Positions 30,871-41,355 are shown, counted from the first letter of the stretch. The stretch is 64,000 nucleotides of DNA from Patescibacteria group bacterium (GCA_040384865.1 JAZKIM010000006.1:988-64987), one strand, 5' to 3'. Notes: generated from the letters alone by a model not told the origin. Numbers and translations: made by a program.

Positions 30871-30883
30871 ATTTTTAGGAGTG

Positions 30884-31807
30884 TTAAACGCTCAACCTTG
30901 CCGTCTGGCCAACGCAATTATTAACACACAAAGTTTTCCCCTCTCTTTCTTGCTCACATAATTCGCAACAAATGAAATGTAAGTGGCATTCATCATTAAT
31001 ACAGTTTACGTAATGCTCGGTGGTGGTTTTACAATAGTCACATTTACCTATAACATCTCTTTCTTTGGTGGTATCCATAGTAATTCGATTATCAAATACA
31101 TATAGCGAGCCGCTAAAATCCTTTCCTGGGAATTTCTGCATATAGGTGGCCATACCCCCATCAAGTTGGTAAACATCCTTGAAACCTTTTTTAATTAAAT
31201 ATCCCGAAGCTTTTTCACAACGCACCCCTCCGGTGCATACTGTTAAAATTTTTTTCTCTTTCAAATGCTCAAAATCTTTAACTACATTTTTTAATTCACG
31301 AAAATTACGCATACCAGCATCAGTTGATCCTTTAAAATGACCTACTTTGTACTCATAGGTGTTGCGCATATCGATGATATGAAAATCCTTGCCAGCTTCC
31401 CCTCTTTCATACCACGTACGAAGTTCTTCAGGTGGAAGATGTACGCCTGTTGTTTCATTCGGATTCACATCTTCATTGCCAAGTTTTGCAGACACGATCT
31501 CGTCACGAACCTTTATAATTAACTTTTGAAATGATCTACCGTTTCCTTCGCTGCGCTTGAAAACTATATCGGAAAAGCTACCAAACTTACATCCGCCGCC
31601 ATCCCCCTGAGAAGTAAGTCGTGTGCAATATTCATCTATTTGTGCGGGTGTACCTTCGAGCGTACCGTTGATTCCTTCTTGGGCAACAAGCACCCGCCCT
31701 TTGAGACTAAGCTTTGCACATAGTGATTTATGCCAAAACATAAAAGCAGTCGGATCAGCAACCGTGGTGTATTTGTAGTATAGGATTATGTCGTATCTCT
31801 CTGCCAT
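30884..31807 (-). CDS. trhO: Rhodanese-domain tRNA U34 hydroxylase TrhO/YceA (UPF0176)
   Basis: 307 aa; rhodanese active site CTGGVRCEKAS; C-terminal Cys-rich tail. Confidence 0.8.
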   Translation of the reverse strand: MAERYDIILYYKYTTVADPTAFMFWHKSLCAKLSLKGRVLVAQEGINGTLEGTPAQIDEYCTRLTSQGDGGGCKFGSFSDIVFKRSEGNGRSFQKLIIKVRDEIVSAKLGNEDVNPNETTGVHLPPEELRTWYERGEAGKDFHIIDMRNTYEYKVGHFKGSTDAGMRNFRELKNVVKDFEHLKEKKILTVCTGGVRCEKASGYLIKKGFKDVYQLDGGMATYMQKFPGKDFSGSLYVFDNRITMDTTKERDVIGKCDYCKTTTEHYVNCINDECHLHFICCELCEQEREGKTLCVNNCVGQTARLSV

Positions 31808-31819
31808 GAATACAATATA

Positions 31820-33637
31820 TTACATTTTTTTCGGAACCTGTATACCAAGAAGCCAGAGGCCTCCGGTAATGACACGTACGAATGCGCTTACCAGCGCAAC
31901 CTTGTATGGTGCGAACTTGTCATCCTTGCTCACAATTTGTGTTGAGCTGTAGAAAGAGTTAAATTCACCAGCTAATTCCATGAGGTAATTGGCAACATGG
32001 TGTGGTGAGTGTTCACTCTCGGCACGGGCCGCAACCTCCGGAAAGCGCACCAATAATCGCTCCAATTTTCCTCCAGGCCATAGCAATGTTCCTGCCTCGA
32101 GTTCTGGTGTCCAATCAATTTCTGTCGATGCCTGAATACCCACCACCCCTGCTTTTTCAAGAAGAGACTTCGCTCGCACGGCTGAGTACTGAAGATATGG
32201 ACCAGAGTCGCCTTCAAACGAAAGTGATTTCTCCGCATCAAAAATGATATCCTTGCCAGACGACTGTCGAAGCACGGCGTATTTTATAGCAGCAACACCA
32301 ACCTGATCGGCAACAACCTTCTTATCATCGCTACTCATTTCTCGATCTTTCATCCTTTCAAGTGCCATCTGTCTCATATCATTGAGTAATGATTCGCCCG
32401 TAACCACTTCACCTGTTCGGGATGACATCTTCCCTGTCGGCAATCGAAGCATGCCATGGGAAACATGTTCAGCCTTTATGCCGATTTCTGGAAACAACAG
32501 TTCAGTTAGTTTCAAAATAACCTTAAAGTAGTCATTCTGTTCATTACCTGACACGGTAATACCTTTATCATATTGATACACCGCATATTTTTCTTTCGCG
32601 AAACCTATTTCCTTTCCATCATATGTCGGTAAACTATCGCGCGTAATAAATACTCGCGTATGAAGAGGAATACCATTTCTGTCCGTATATTCTTCTCCAG
32701 GGAAAATAACAGCACCGTCGCTTTCTCTAAAAAGCTTTAAACCTTTTGGTGCGGTGTTAGCTCGAACTATCTCCAATCCAGGTGTACTCATCTGACTTTC
32801 AAAGAAATATCTGTCGAATTTTGTATCGAGTATTTTATATAACTCTTCAAATTGTTCCAAGCTCCACTCCCTGCCTTTATCATATATTTCATTTACTTCA
32901 GCATCACTTCGGTCATAGATCTTTTTGTTCATCTCACGAACTTCCACTTCCACCGAAGCGAATTCCTCTTTTTCAGACTCAGAAGATTCGGGGGCTTTTG
33001 CAATAGTCTCTAATTTTCCAAACCTTTGTGCACCCTTTGCATACGCCTGACCAAAAAACTCCACCTTATCACCCAAAGATGCATCCTCAACAGGAAACGG
33101 CTTGTCCATAAATCGCAAACCCCACAAAGCAAGTGCTACGTGTCGACCTACGTCTCCTTGATAGCAGAAACGCTTCACTTCGGCACCTGTGTATTCACCA
33201 AGACGACTAAGTGACTCACCAATAGTATTAGCCATGAGATGTCCAATATGGAACTGTTTAAATGGATTAGGGTCGGTATATTCGAAAGCAAACTTCTTAC
33301 CAACGTTCCGTATACTTTTTCCAAAGTTCTCGTTACTCAATATTTCAGCGATACCACCCTTGATAGTATTGGCAGTTTGGTAGAAATTGATGAAACCAGG
33401 ACCAGCCACTTCAATTTTTTCAATACCAGCAATATTTTGCAATTTAAGTGTCTCTACTATCTGAAGAGCAAGGTTGACAGGATTCAACTTAAGTTGCTTT
33501 GTGAGCACAAGCGAAATGTTAGTGGAAAAATCACCATGGAGCATATCCGTTGGACGCTCAATAGTGATCTTTTCTGGAGCCTCAATCTTAAGGCTAATAA
33601 GAGCAATTTTAATACTGGAAATAAGAGCTTCTTGCAT
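31820..33637 (-). CDS. argS: Arginyl-tRNA synthetase
   Basis: 605 aa; HIGH-like HIGHL region; KMSSR variant of KMSKS. Confidence 0.9.
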   Translation of the reverse strand: MQEALISSIKIALISLKIEAPEKITIERPTDMLHGDFSTNISLVLTKQLKLNPVNLALQIVETLKLQNIAGIEKIEVAGPGFINFYQTANTIKGGIAEILSNENFGKSIRNVGKKFAFEYTDPNPFKQFHIGHLMANTIGESLSRLGEYTGAEVKRFCYQGDVGRHVALALWGLRFMDKPFPVEDASLGDKVEFFGQAYAKGAQRFGKLETIAKAPESSESEKEEFASVEVEVREMNKKIYDRSDAEVNEIYDKGREWSLEQFEELYKILDTKFDRYFFESQMSTPGLEIVRANTAPKGLKLFRESDGAVIFPGEEYTDRNGIPLHTRVFITRDSLPTYDGKEIGFAKEKYAVYQYDKGITVSGNEQNDYFKVILKLTELLFPEIGIKAEHVSHGMLRLPTGKMSSRTGEVVTGESLLNDMRQMALERMKDREMSSDDKKVVADQVGVAAIKYAVLRQSSGKDIIFDAEKSLSFEGDSGPYLQYSAVRAKSLLEKAGVVGIQASTEIDWTPELEAGTLLWPGGKLERLLVRFPEVAARAESEHSPHHVANYLMELAGEFNSFYSSTQIVSKDDKFAPYKVALVSAFVRVITGGLWLLGIQVPKKM

Positions 33638-33674
33638 GCAAAGAGTCTAGCACAAAAGCCTTATGCTTACATGT

Positions 33675-34943
33675 TTATGACAATGCCTTGAGACCGATGT
33701 CTTTCCTATATTGTTTACCTTCAAAATCTATTTGCCCTCCAGCCTTATACGCCTTACCTAAAGCGCTTTGCAGATTATCTGCAACAGCTGTTATGCCCAA
33801 TACTCGTCCACCACTTGTCACAAGACCAGTGGCGGTCTTTGCCGTTCCTGCATGAAATATTTCAATACTTTCCAAGCTGCTCGCCCCTTCAATACCGGTA
33901 ATACTTTTTCCTTTTTCATATAAAACAGGGTACCCCTCTGAGGCCAAGACAACACAGCAAGCGCTCTCATTTGACCATTCAACTTTTATATCAGAAAGTT
34001 TTCCTTCAACACACGCAAGTAATATGCCGACGAGATCGTCCTTTAAAATCCTCATATATGACTGCGTTTCAGGATCACCAAAACGTGCGTTAAATTCAAT
34101 CACCTTCGGCCCACCTTCTGTCATCATGACTCCGGGAAATAATATACCGACAAAAGGTGAGCCACGTCGCTTAAGAGCTTGTATTGTTGGCATGACTACT
34201 TTTATCTTTATATCCTCGAGCATTTCATTCGTCACCCAAGGCACCGGGACGACAGTCCCCATACCTCCTGTATTTGGACCTGAATCTCCTTCCCCTATCC
34301 GCTTATGATCCTGAGCAGCTGGAAACATAATTATGTCAGTGCCATCGCAAAAGGCATGAATGGAAATTTCTCTACCCTGCATATACTCCTCAATGACCAC
34401 CTCGTTTCCAGCATCACCAAATATCTTTACTTGTAAAATCTCATCAAGAGCTATTTCTGCTTCTTTTAAATCTTCTGCAATAATTACACCTTTGCCAAAA
34501 GCTAGACCGCTTGCCTTTATAACGATTGGAAATCTTTGCCTTTTTAGGTAAACCTTTGCTTCTTCAAAATCTGTGAATACTTTGAATGCAGCAGTTGGAA
34601 TACCTTCCTCCATCATAAATTCCTTTGCGAACGATTTTGACCATTCTATTTCAGCAGCAATTTTTGTAGGTCCAAAGACTTTGATTCCTATGGCGATGAT
34701 TTCATCAACTAATCCTTCTGCCAAATAGTTATCAGGACCGATTACAACCAAATCAATATCCTCCTTGTTTTTCTTTAACCACTCGACAATCTCTCCCGAT
34801 GAATTTAAAGCTATATTTTGTGCGAACGGTGCTGTACCGGGATTCCCTGGCGCAACAAATATATTTTTTACCTTTTCAGATTGCCTGATTTTCCATGCAA
34901 GTGCGTGTTCTCTTCCTCCACTACCAACAATGAGAATGTTCAT
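33675..34943 (-). CDS. purD: Phosphoribosylamine-glycine ligase
   Basis: 422 aa; MNILIVGSGGREHALAWK N-terminus; ATP-grasp. Confidence 0.9.
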   Translation of the reverse strand: MNILIVGSGGREHALAWKIRQSEKVKNIFVAPGNPGTAPFAQNIALNSSGEIVEWLKKNKEDIDLVVIGPDNYLAEGLVDEIIAIGIKVFGPTKIAAEIEWSKSFAKEFMMEEGIPTAAFKVFTDFEEAKVYLKRQRFPIVIKASGLAFGKGVIIAEDLKEAEIALDEILQVKIFGDAGNEVVIEEYMQGREISIHAFCDGTDIIMFPAAQDHKRIGEGDSGPNTGGMGTVVPVPWVTNEMLEDIKIKVVMPTIQALKRRGSPFVGILFPGVMMTEGGPKVIEFNARFGDPETQSYMRILKDDLVGILLACVEGKLSDIKVEWSNESACCVVLASEGYPVLYEKGKSITGIEGASSLESIEIFHAGTAKTATGLVTSGGRVLGITAVADNLQSALGKAYKAGGQIDFEGKQYRKDIGLKALS

Positions 34944-34984
34944 GCAACGATTTTAACACGTAGTACACGCAAAGAATATTTAGA

Positions 34985-35413
34985 TTATTTTCCCGTTGAG
35001 CCAAAACCTCCGGATCCTCTTATTGTTTCATTCAACTCCTCCACTTCGATGATATCTGCATGAAGTCGCTCCTGGATAATCATTTGTGCCACCTTATGTC
35101 CTTTTTCGAAAGTATATTCTTTCTCTGAAAGATTAACTACACCGACAATTATTTCACCACGATAGCCAGCATCAATAACCCCTCCCAAGGTTTTAATTCC
35201 CTCTCTTATAGCAATACTGCTCTTGTCCCAAATCAAACCGACATAACCTTCAGGAATTGCCATCGCTATACCGGTAGGTATTTGAGAATGCTTTCCTGGA
35301 GAAACAGTGGTCGAACTTTGAGCATAAAGATCAAAAGCCGCGTCACCAAGAAGAGCATATTTTGGGACGAGGGCGTCTGATTGAAGTTTTTTTATCTTTA
35401 GCTTGAGAGACAT
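34985..35413 (-). CDS. dut: dUTP diphosphatase
   Basis: 142 aa; GVIDAGYRGEI motif. Confidence 0.9.
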   Translation of the reverse strand: MSLKLKIKKLQSDALVPKYALLGDAAFDLYAQSSTTVSPGKHSQIPTGIAMAIPEGYVGLIWDKSSIAIREGIKTLGGVIDAGYRGEIIVGVVNLSEKEYTFEKGHKVAQMIIQERLHADIIEVEELNETIRGSGGFGSTGK

Positions 35414-35422
35414 ACGTACAAA

Positions 35423-36622
35423 TTACTTTCTTAAAATACCATCGATCTTCTTAGCGATTTTCTTAAAATCATTTTCTTTCTTTCCTCTAGTAGTTTCAGC
35501 AGCTGTCCCGAGACGAATACCAGAAGGATCCATTGGAGATCTCTGTTCTCCTGGGATTGTGTTTTTGTTCACAATAATTCCTGCCTTCTCAAGCCTGTCG
35601 CTCGCCTCTTTACCTGAAATACCCTTACCGCCCATCCAGGTGTCGAGAAGTATTAAATGAGTATCAGTTCCTCCAGATATGACTCTCCATCCAAGCTTCT
35701 GTAATTCTTTTGCGAACGTTGCTGCGTTTTTAATTATCTGTTTCGCGTATGATTTGAAAGCTGGTGTCATCGCCTCTTTCAATGCCACAGCGACAGCAGC
35801 AATCTGATTCAAATGGGGACCACCTTGGAGCCCGGGAAAAACCGCCTTATCAACAAGCTCGACAAAAGAACGTTCTTTTCCCTTTTCATCAGCCTCGACC
35901 CTAAACCTATTAACAAAAATAAGCGCACTACGTGGACCTCGAAGCGTTTTATGTACAGTAGTCGTTACAATATCAGCATATTTGAATGGAGAATCATATT
36001 GTCTTCCAGCCACAAGGCCGGCAAAATGTGACATGTCCACCATCATGATAGCACCGCACACATCACAAATCTCACGAAATTTTTTGAAATCAACCATTCG
36101 AGGATATGCCGTAAACCCGCATACGATCAATTTTGGTTTTTCTTTTAATGCTATTTCTTTGACCGCGTCATAATCGATCATCTCAGTATTAGGATCAACA
36201 CCGAATGAAACTTGCTGCCAGAACTTTCCCGTGGCTGAAACTTTATGTCCGTGAGTGAGATGGCCACCATCTGACAAATTCATTCCCATAATTTTTTCTC
36301 CTTTAGGAACAAGGCCGACATATACAGCAAGATTCGCAGGTGACCCTGAGAGAGGCTGCACATTCACATGCCAATCTCTTTCTTTCAAGCCAAACGCTTT
36401 AATCGCACGTTCTTTACAAAGATTTTCTATCTTATCTACAAACTCATTACCTCCATAATATCGATGCGATGAATACCCTTCTGCATATTTATTAGTAAGT
36501 TCAGAACCAAGAGCTTCAAGCACATCTTTTGAAACATAATTCTCAGATGCGATGAGATTAATTACCTTCTTTTGACGAGCCCTTTCAAGCATTATCAGTT
36601 TTTTGATTTGAGTGTCTTTCAT
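35423..36622 (-). CDS. glyA: Serine hydroxymethyltransferase
   Basis: 399 aa; LIASENYVSKDVLEA; PLP lysine region. Confidence 0.95.
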   Translation of the reverse strand: MKDTQIKKLIMLERARQKKVINLIASENYVSKDVLEALGSELTNKYAEGYSSHRYYGGNEFVDKIENLCKERAIKAFGLKERDWHVNVQPLSGSPANLAVYVGLVPKGEKIMGMNLSDGGHLTHGHKVSATGKFWQQVSFGVDPNTEMIDYDAVKEIALKEKPKLIVCGFTAYPRMVDFKKFREICDVCGAIMMVDMSHFAGLVAGRQYDSPFKYADIVTTTVHKTLRGPRSALIFVNRFRVEADEKGKERSFVELVDKAVFPGLQGGPHLNQIAAVAVALKEAMTPAFKSYAKQIIKNAATFAKELQKLGWRVISGGTDTHLILLDTWMGGKGISGKEASDRLEKAGIIVNKNTIPGEQRSPMDPSGIRLGTAAETTRGKKENDFKKIAKKIDGILRK

Positions 36623-36725
36623 GGAAATTTGATTAACAAGCTTATTATACGCAATACCTCAAAAAGGACGAAATTATGAAAAATTGACAATTATTGCCAT
36701 ACTTATAGTATCTAATAAGAACAAT

Positions 36726-37685
36726 ATGAACCCACAAAATCCCATCATTGAATATAAACCGGTTGACGAGCGAACGCCCGACGACCAATACGAGAAGCTT
36801 ATGAAAGAGTTGCTCGCTGGACACAAAAAAGTGACCATTCATGCCTCTTTGCCGGAAAACCAGGAATCAGAGCATCAGTTTTGCCTCGAACTATCCGGGC
36901 GCACGTTATCTTACAACCTTTCAAACGGGGCTCCGGTGATGCCAATCAGAGACCTCAGTGCTTCGTTTAAAGGGGCCATTGGGGAAATCGTTGCCTTCAT
37001 TAACGGGGCCCACACGCTGGAAGACCTGAAGAAGTTCGGTTGCCCTGAAATATTTTGGGGACGCTGGGTCACCGCTGAAAAATGTGCCAACTTCGGCTTA
37101 GAAACAGGAGACCTGGGCGCTGGTTCATACGGCGCCGTTCTTACTGCCACACCGATGCCTGGCGGAAAAACATTCAATCAAATCGACGCCCTCATTCGAC
37201 AGATGAAGCGGATGCCGAATCTTCGAACTCACGTTATTACGACATGGTATCCGCCATACGATCTTTCCGACAAAGAGCAGGACTCGCCTCGAAAAGTCGT
37301 CGTGGCTCCCTGCCACGGCAACATGGTTATGTTCAATGTCTACCCCGAAACAAACGAGATGGACTTAGTACATGTTCAACGCTCAGCAGACGTACCCGTT
37401 GGACTACCCTTGAACATGATTGAGTGGACGGCCTTCGGTATGATGGTATCGTACATAACCGGAATCAAACTTCGGAACTACATCCACATGTTGCCAAACC
37501 CCCAAATCTACGATATCCAGATCCCGCAAATCCAACAGCTACTAGAGCGCGAGGTGCGGAAGCTTCCGACCATGCATTTACGGCCTCAGCGCGAGATCCT
37601 GTCGATCACCGACTTCCGCCGCGAAGATTTTGTGCTCGAAGACTACCACCCGCACGAAAAGATGATGGTTCGAGCCATCATCTAG
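36726..37685 (+). CDS. thyA: Thymidylate synthase (ThyA family) with divergent N-terminal half and GC-rich composition
   Basis: VVAPCHGNMVMFNV (catalytic Cys), QRSADVPVGLPLNMIEW (Asn of dUMP-specificity region), C-terminal FRREDFVLEDYHPHEKMMVRAII; TTGACA at 36683 fits a start at MNPQNP rather than the first ATG at 36684. Confidence 0.75.
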   Translation: MNPQNPIIEYKPVDERTPDDQYEKLMKELLAGHKKVTIHASLPENQESEHQFCLELSGRTLSYNLSNGAPVMPIRDLSASFKGAIGEIVAFINGAHTLEDLKKFGCPEIFWGRWVTAEKCANFGLETGDLGAGSYGAVLTATPMPGGKTFNQIDALIRQMKRMPNLRTHVITTWYPPYDLSDKEQDSPRKVVVAPCHGNMVMFNVYPETNEMDLVHVQRSADVPVGLPLNMIEWTAFGMMVSYITGIKLRNYIHMLPNPQIYDIQIPQIQQLLEREVRKLPTMHLRPQREILSITDFRREDFVLEDYHPHEKMMVRAII

Positions 37686-37704
37686 ACCACCGACATCCCT
37701 CTAC

Positions 37705-37745
37705 CCTGCGAAACCGGAGATTTCGCAGGGTAGTTTGTTTTTTGC
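37705..37745 (+). terminator. Rho-independent terminator after thyA (ccctgcgaaa...tttcgcaggg plus T-run)
   Basis: 10-bp stem plus tagtttgtttttt. Confidence 0.8.
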
Positions 37746-37757
37746 TATGATACCTCC

Positions 37758-38207
37758 ATGAATCAAAACCTAGTGAATCTCTCTAATGCTGGTCGCCCCG
37801 GGGATGATACTTATAAAAAAGTGATCGAAAAAATACAAAGCGACAATGCCTGCCCTTTTTGTCCAGACCAACTGGCAAAGTATCACAAGAATCCAATACT
37901 TAGAGAAGGAAAATTCTGGAAGATAACAACAAACATGTATCCTTATCCCAATACGAAGCATCACTTTATGTTTATTCTTAATAATCATAAAATCGATACC
38001 AAGGAACTATCGACTGATGAGTGGGCAGAACTCCACGAACACATAAATTGGGTCGTTGATTCAAATAATATCCCTGGAGGAACATTCTTTATGCGGTGCG
38101 GAGATACATCGCACACAGGAGCCACTGTCACACACTTACATGCCCAGTTTGTATCCCCTGACTACGAAAACCCAGACAGAAAGCCAATAATGGCTCGAGT
38201 GGGATAA
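37758..38207 (+). CDS. HIT-family (histidine triad) nucleotide hydrolase/transferase
   Basis: 149 aa; CPFCP zinc-like motif and THLHAQF histidine triad. Confidence 0.7.
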   Translation: MNQNLVNLSNAGRPGDDTYKKVIEKIQSDNACPFCPDQLAKYHKNPILREGKFWKITTNMYPYPNTKHHFMFILNNHKIDTKELSTDEWAELHEHINWVVDSNNIPGGTFFMRCGDTSHTGATVTHLHAQFVSPDYENPDRKPIMARVG

Positions 38208-39035
38208 TTATTCAGACTTCACCAAAACTATTTCTACCTCTGCAGTCTTTAGAATTGTCTCAGCGTCGAGCAATGAATATCCCTTTGAATAGAAAACTTT
38301 TTTAATTCCCGCTTCTACAATGAGTTTGGCACAATTAGGGCAAGGAAATGTCGTGACGTAAATTGAGGCTCCTTCAAGACTAGTTCCCTTCCTTGCTGCC
38401 CGCGCAATCAAATTTGCTTCTCCATGAATAGCTGTTGATAGGTCAATACGTTCGCCTGCGTCAAAACTACTTCGTGGATCGCCATACATATCCATACTCA
38501 AGTCTGATGGCATGTGCTTGTTATAGCCGGCTAATAAAACATTTTTATCCTTAACCACAACAGCCCCCACTTGTCTCCACCAATCAGAACTCTTTGAAGC
38601 TTCGTCAAATGCTTTTTCAATCACCTCTTTATCAAACTCATCTATAGAGATAATTCTGTCAGGCGGAACGATAGACTCCGTTAAGGTTATCTGCCTATTC
38701 CATCTCAAGAAAACCGGTTCAAATTTTACTTCCAACTTTGAAAAATATTTATCTTTCAATTCTCGAGTGATATCTTCATCTGGCATCACAATTTCCCCTT
38801 CTATCTTTACAATACCAACCTCTGCTACATGCAACACCTTTATTTCCTTAAATATACCCAAGGCTCCAATTGCCTTTTTCATATCATCGGCATTCGTTTG
38901 ACGAAGATCTCTTTCCAATCGCGGGAAGTCTGTGACGAAATCTGCGTCTAGCAGATAAAGAGTTCCTGGGTATTTTTTAAAGAAATCTATATATCCCTTA
39001 TGAAGAGCTGGGACGAAAGAAATGATAGCTGACAT
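38208..39035 (-). CDS. dCMP/cytidine deaminase-family protein with an N-terminal extension of about 130 aa of unknown function
   Basis: 275 aa; C-terminal HGEANLIARAAR...TFPCPNCAKLIVEAGI zinc motif (H-x-E ... PC-x-x-C). Confidence 0.7.
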   Translation of the reverse strand: MSAIISFVPALHKGYIDFFKKYPGTLYLLDADFVTDFPRLERDLRQTNADDMKKAIGALGIFKEIKVLHVAEVGIVKIEGEIVMPDEDITRELKDKYFSKLEVKFEPVFLRWNRQITLTESIVPPDRIISIDEFDKEVIEKAFDEASKSSDWWRQVGAVVVKDKNVLLAGYNKHMPSDLSMDMYGDPRSSFDAGERIDLSTAIHGEANLIARAARKGTSLEGASIYVTTFPCPNCAKLIVEAGIKKVFYSKGYSLLDAETILKTAEVEIVLVKSE

Positions 39036-39628
39036 TATGCGGCTCTAATTTTATCTAAAAAGTTTTTTGTTAATTTAGAAACTTCATTTGCCAAATCTTC
39101 CGCACCTTCAATGGTGAGATTTCGAATACGAGCAGTGGTACTTGTTGTCGCTTGTGCTGGAAGTGTAACAATTTCACCAACATAATTTTTACAATCCGCC
39201 AATCGCTTCTTGGCAAAATCGCCGGTAGTTTCTGAAACGATCAAAATATCTGGGGAAACAATTTTTACTAATTCATTTTTCTCTAATGGCTCGCGTCGCA
39301 AGGTCACAATATCTACAGATCGTAAATGAACAAGCATTTTAACGCGCTCTGATTCTGGGACGATTGGTCGGTTTGGACCCTTCCTCTTCTTCGTAAGTGA
39401 ATCGGTGTCCGCACCAACAATCAGAATATCCCCTGCATTTCTTGCCGCCTCAAGATACAGGGCATGGCCCTCATGGATAAGATCGTAGACCCCCATAGTA
39501 AGAACAATTCGATACCCCATCTTTTTCAAAGACCTAACAACATCTTTAAGCTCTTTATAATCTGGAATAAAACGACTCTCGTGGTTTGGTCTATTAGTGA
39601 GAATATCTTTGATTTGGATCTTTGCCAT
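39035..39628 (-). CDS. Cytidylyltransferase-family nucleotidyltransferase (HldC/RibL/TagD-like); stop overlaps the start of the deaminase gene
   Basis: MGVYDLIHEGHALYLEAA (HxGH) and RPIVPESERVKML; real start probably MAKIQIKD (39628); coupled to the downstream gene. Confidence 0.65.
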   Translation of the reverse strand: MAKIQIKDILTNRPNHESRFIPDYKELKDVVRSLKKMGYRIVLTMGVYDLIHEGHALYLEAARNAGDILIVGADTDSLTKKRKGPNRPIVPESERVKMLVHLRSVDIVTLRREPLEKNELVKIVSPDILIVSETTGDFAKKRLADCKNYVGEIVTLPAQATTSTTARIRNLTIEGAEDLANEVSKLTKNFLDKIRAA

Positions 39629-39728
39629 AGTAGTAGAGATAATTGTTAAATTAAGTATAATTAAGCAACTTGGCCCGGTCAACAAATACCCAAACTGCAA
39701 CATTCTTTAGTCACTCGCGCCACCTTTT

Positions 39729-40226
39729 ATGATAAAAGCCTTTATAATTGCAGCTGTTACAATGGATGGTTTTATAGCGAAAGACAACGCTCATTCTCCT
39801 ATGAATTGGACTAGCAAGGACGACAAGACAAGATTTGTCGAGATTACCAAACGTGCAGGGGTTGTGATCATGGGGGCGAATACCTTCAGAACCTTTCCTC
39901 GTCCCCTCAAGGATCGCTTAAATATTGTTTACTCACGTACCCAACAATTCGAAGGTACAGAAACAGTGACCGAAGAGCCATCGAAACTTCTAAAAAAACT
40001 TGAGGCTAGAGGCTTCACCGAAGTTGCAATTTGCGGTGGTGCTGAAATTTATACAAAATTCATAGAAGCTGGCGTGGTCAACACTATTTATTTAACCACC
40101 GAACCTGTGCTATTTGGAAAAGGTATTTCCCTTTTTAGCCGACCAGTTGATACGAAGCTAGAATTAATAAGCACATCAAAGACTGAGAGTGGAACTATCT
40201 TTTCTGAATACAAAGTAATTAAATAA
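39729..40226 (+). CDS. Dihydrofolate reductase-like protein (DHFR/RibD-C family)
   Basis: 165 aa; IIAAVTMDGFIAKDN...VIMGANTF...GGAEIY pattern parallels DHFR. Confidence 0.6.
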   Translation: MIKAFIIAAVTMDGFIAKDNAHSPMNWTSKDDKTRFVEITKRAGVVIMGANTFRTFPRPLKDRLNIVYSRTQQFEGTETVTEEPSKLLKKLEARGFTEVAICGGAEIYTKFIEAGVVNTIYLTTEPVLFGKGISLFSRPVDTKLELISTSKTESGTIFSEYKVIK

Positions 40227-40227
40227 A

Positions 40228-40262
40228 GCAAAAACCCCTTTCGGGGCTTTTTGCTTTATTTA
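40228..40262. terminator. Bidirectional terminator (aaagcaaaaacccctttcggggctttttgcttt) between the DHFR-like gene and rplK
   Basis: Perfect extended palindrome. Confidence 0.8.
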
Positions 40263-40678
40263 ACTTCGATTCCGAGAGACTTACACGTTCCCTCTATCAT
40301 CTTCATTGCACCTGCAATATCTTTTGAGTTGAGATCAGGCATCTTCTTTTCAGCGATTTCCTTGACCTGAGCCTTAGTGATAGAACCGGCCTTCTTGGTA
40401 TTTGGTGTTCCTGAACCCTTCTCGAGACCCGCCGCCTTGAGAACAAGCTGGGCCGCAGGAGGAGTCTTAAGGATGAAATCGAACGAACGATCTTCATATA
40501 CTGTAATAACAACAGGGACAATATCCCCCATCATTTTTGCCGTTGCATCATTGAATCGCTTTACGAATTCACCAATGTTAACACCAGCCTGACCGAGAGC
40601 GGGACCAACTGGAGGCGCAGGATTAGCCTTTCCTGCAGGGATCTGAAGTTTAAGCTGTTTTGTTATTTTTTTTGCCAT
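40256..40678 (-). CDS. rplK: 50S ribosomal protein L11
   Basis: 140 aa; [22 protein letters not shown]. Confidence 0.95.
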   Translation of the reverse strand: MAKKITKQLKLQIPAGKANPAPPVGPALGQAGVNIGEFVKRFNDATAKMMGDIVPVVITVYEDRSFDFILKTPPAAQLVLKAAGLEKGSGTPNTKKAGSITKAQVKEIAEKKMPDLNSKDIAGAMKMIEGTCKSLGIEVK

Positions 40679-40758
40679 TGTGATTTAAGAAAATTTAACC
40701 TCCGAGAGAATATCCACTGAGAAGCGCAGGGCGCCCCTGGAAGTTATATTAGAGTACC

Positions 40759-41304
40759 CTAGACGCGCTTAACTTGCAAGAAATCGAGTTCAACCGGTGT
40801 TTCTCGCCCGAACATAGATACAAGCACTCGAACCTTACCTCGCTCATTGTCCACTTCCGATACCTTACCTTCAAGCTCCTTGAATGGACCGTCAGTAATA
40901 ACCACAAGATCACCTGTTCCAAGGTCAATAGTGTGCTTAACGTTGTCTGTATTCATCCGCTTGAAAAGTGTCTCTACCTCGGCCTTTTCTAAAGGCACAG
41001 GAACGACGCCTGAACCAACGAACCCTGTTACTCGAGGGGTATTTCGAACTACGTACCATGAATCTTCAGTTACGATCATATCTACGAGCACATAGCCGGG
41101 ATATACCTTCTCCTCTTCTTCTACTCGCTTACCACCCTTAATCTTGATCTTCTTTTCAGTTGGAACGAGTACATTAAAAATTCGGTCTTCCATTCCAAGA
41201 GATTCGATTCGCTGCTTTAAGTTTCGAAGTACAGCGTTTTCATATCCAGCATAAGTGTGGACCGCGTACCAATTTCGTTCGTTGTTAGCCTGTTGTTTTG
41301 ACAT
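40759..41304 (-). CDS. nusG: Transcription termination/antitermination factor NusG
   Basis: 181 aa; NGN domain WYAVHTYAGYE and C-terminal KOW. Confidence 0.9.
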   Translation of the reverse strand: MSKQQANNERNWYAVHTYAGYENAVLRNLKQRIESLGMEDRIFNVLVPTEKKIKIKGGKRVEEEEKVYPGYVLVDMIVTEDSWYVVRNTPRVTGFVGSGVVPVPLEKAEVETLFKRMNTDNVKHTIDLGTGDLVVITDGPFKELEGKVSEVDNERGKVRVLVSMFGRETPVELDFLQVKRV

Positions 41305-41355
41305 ATATTTTATATTTTCTTTATGAAAGTCTTGTTACCCACCACATCTCTCCCT

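Noticed and set aside
37082-37750. Two + strand ORFs (113 and 108 aa) overlapping thyA in other frames
   Set aside because: They are artefacts of the GC-rich thyA region. They have Arg/Pro-rich translations and no homolog-like motifs.
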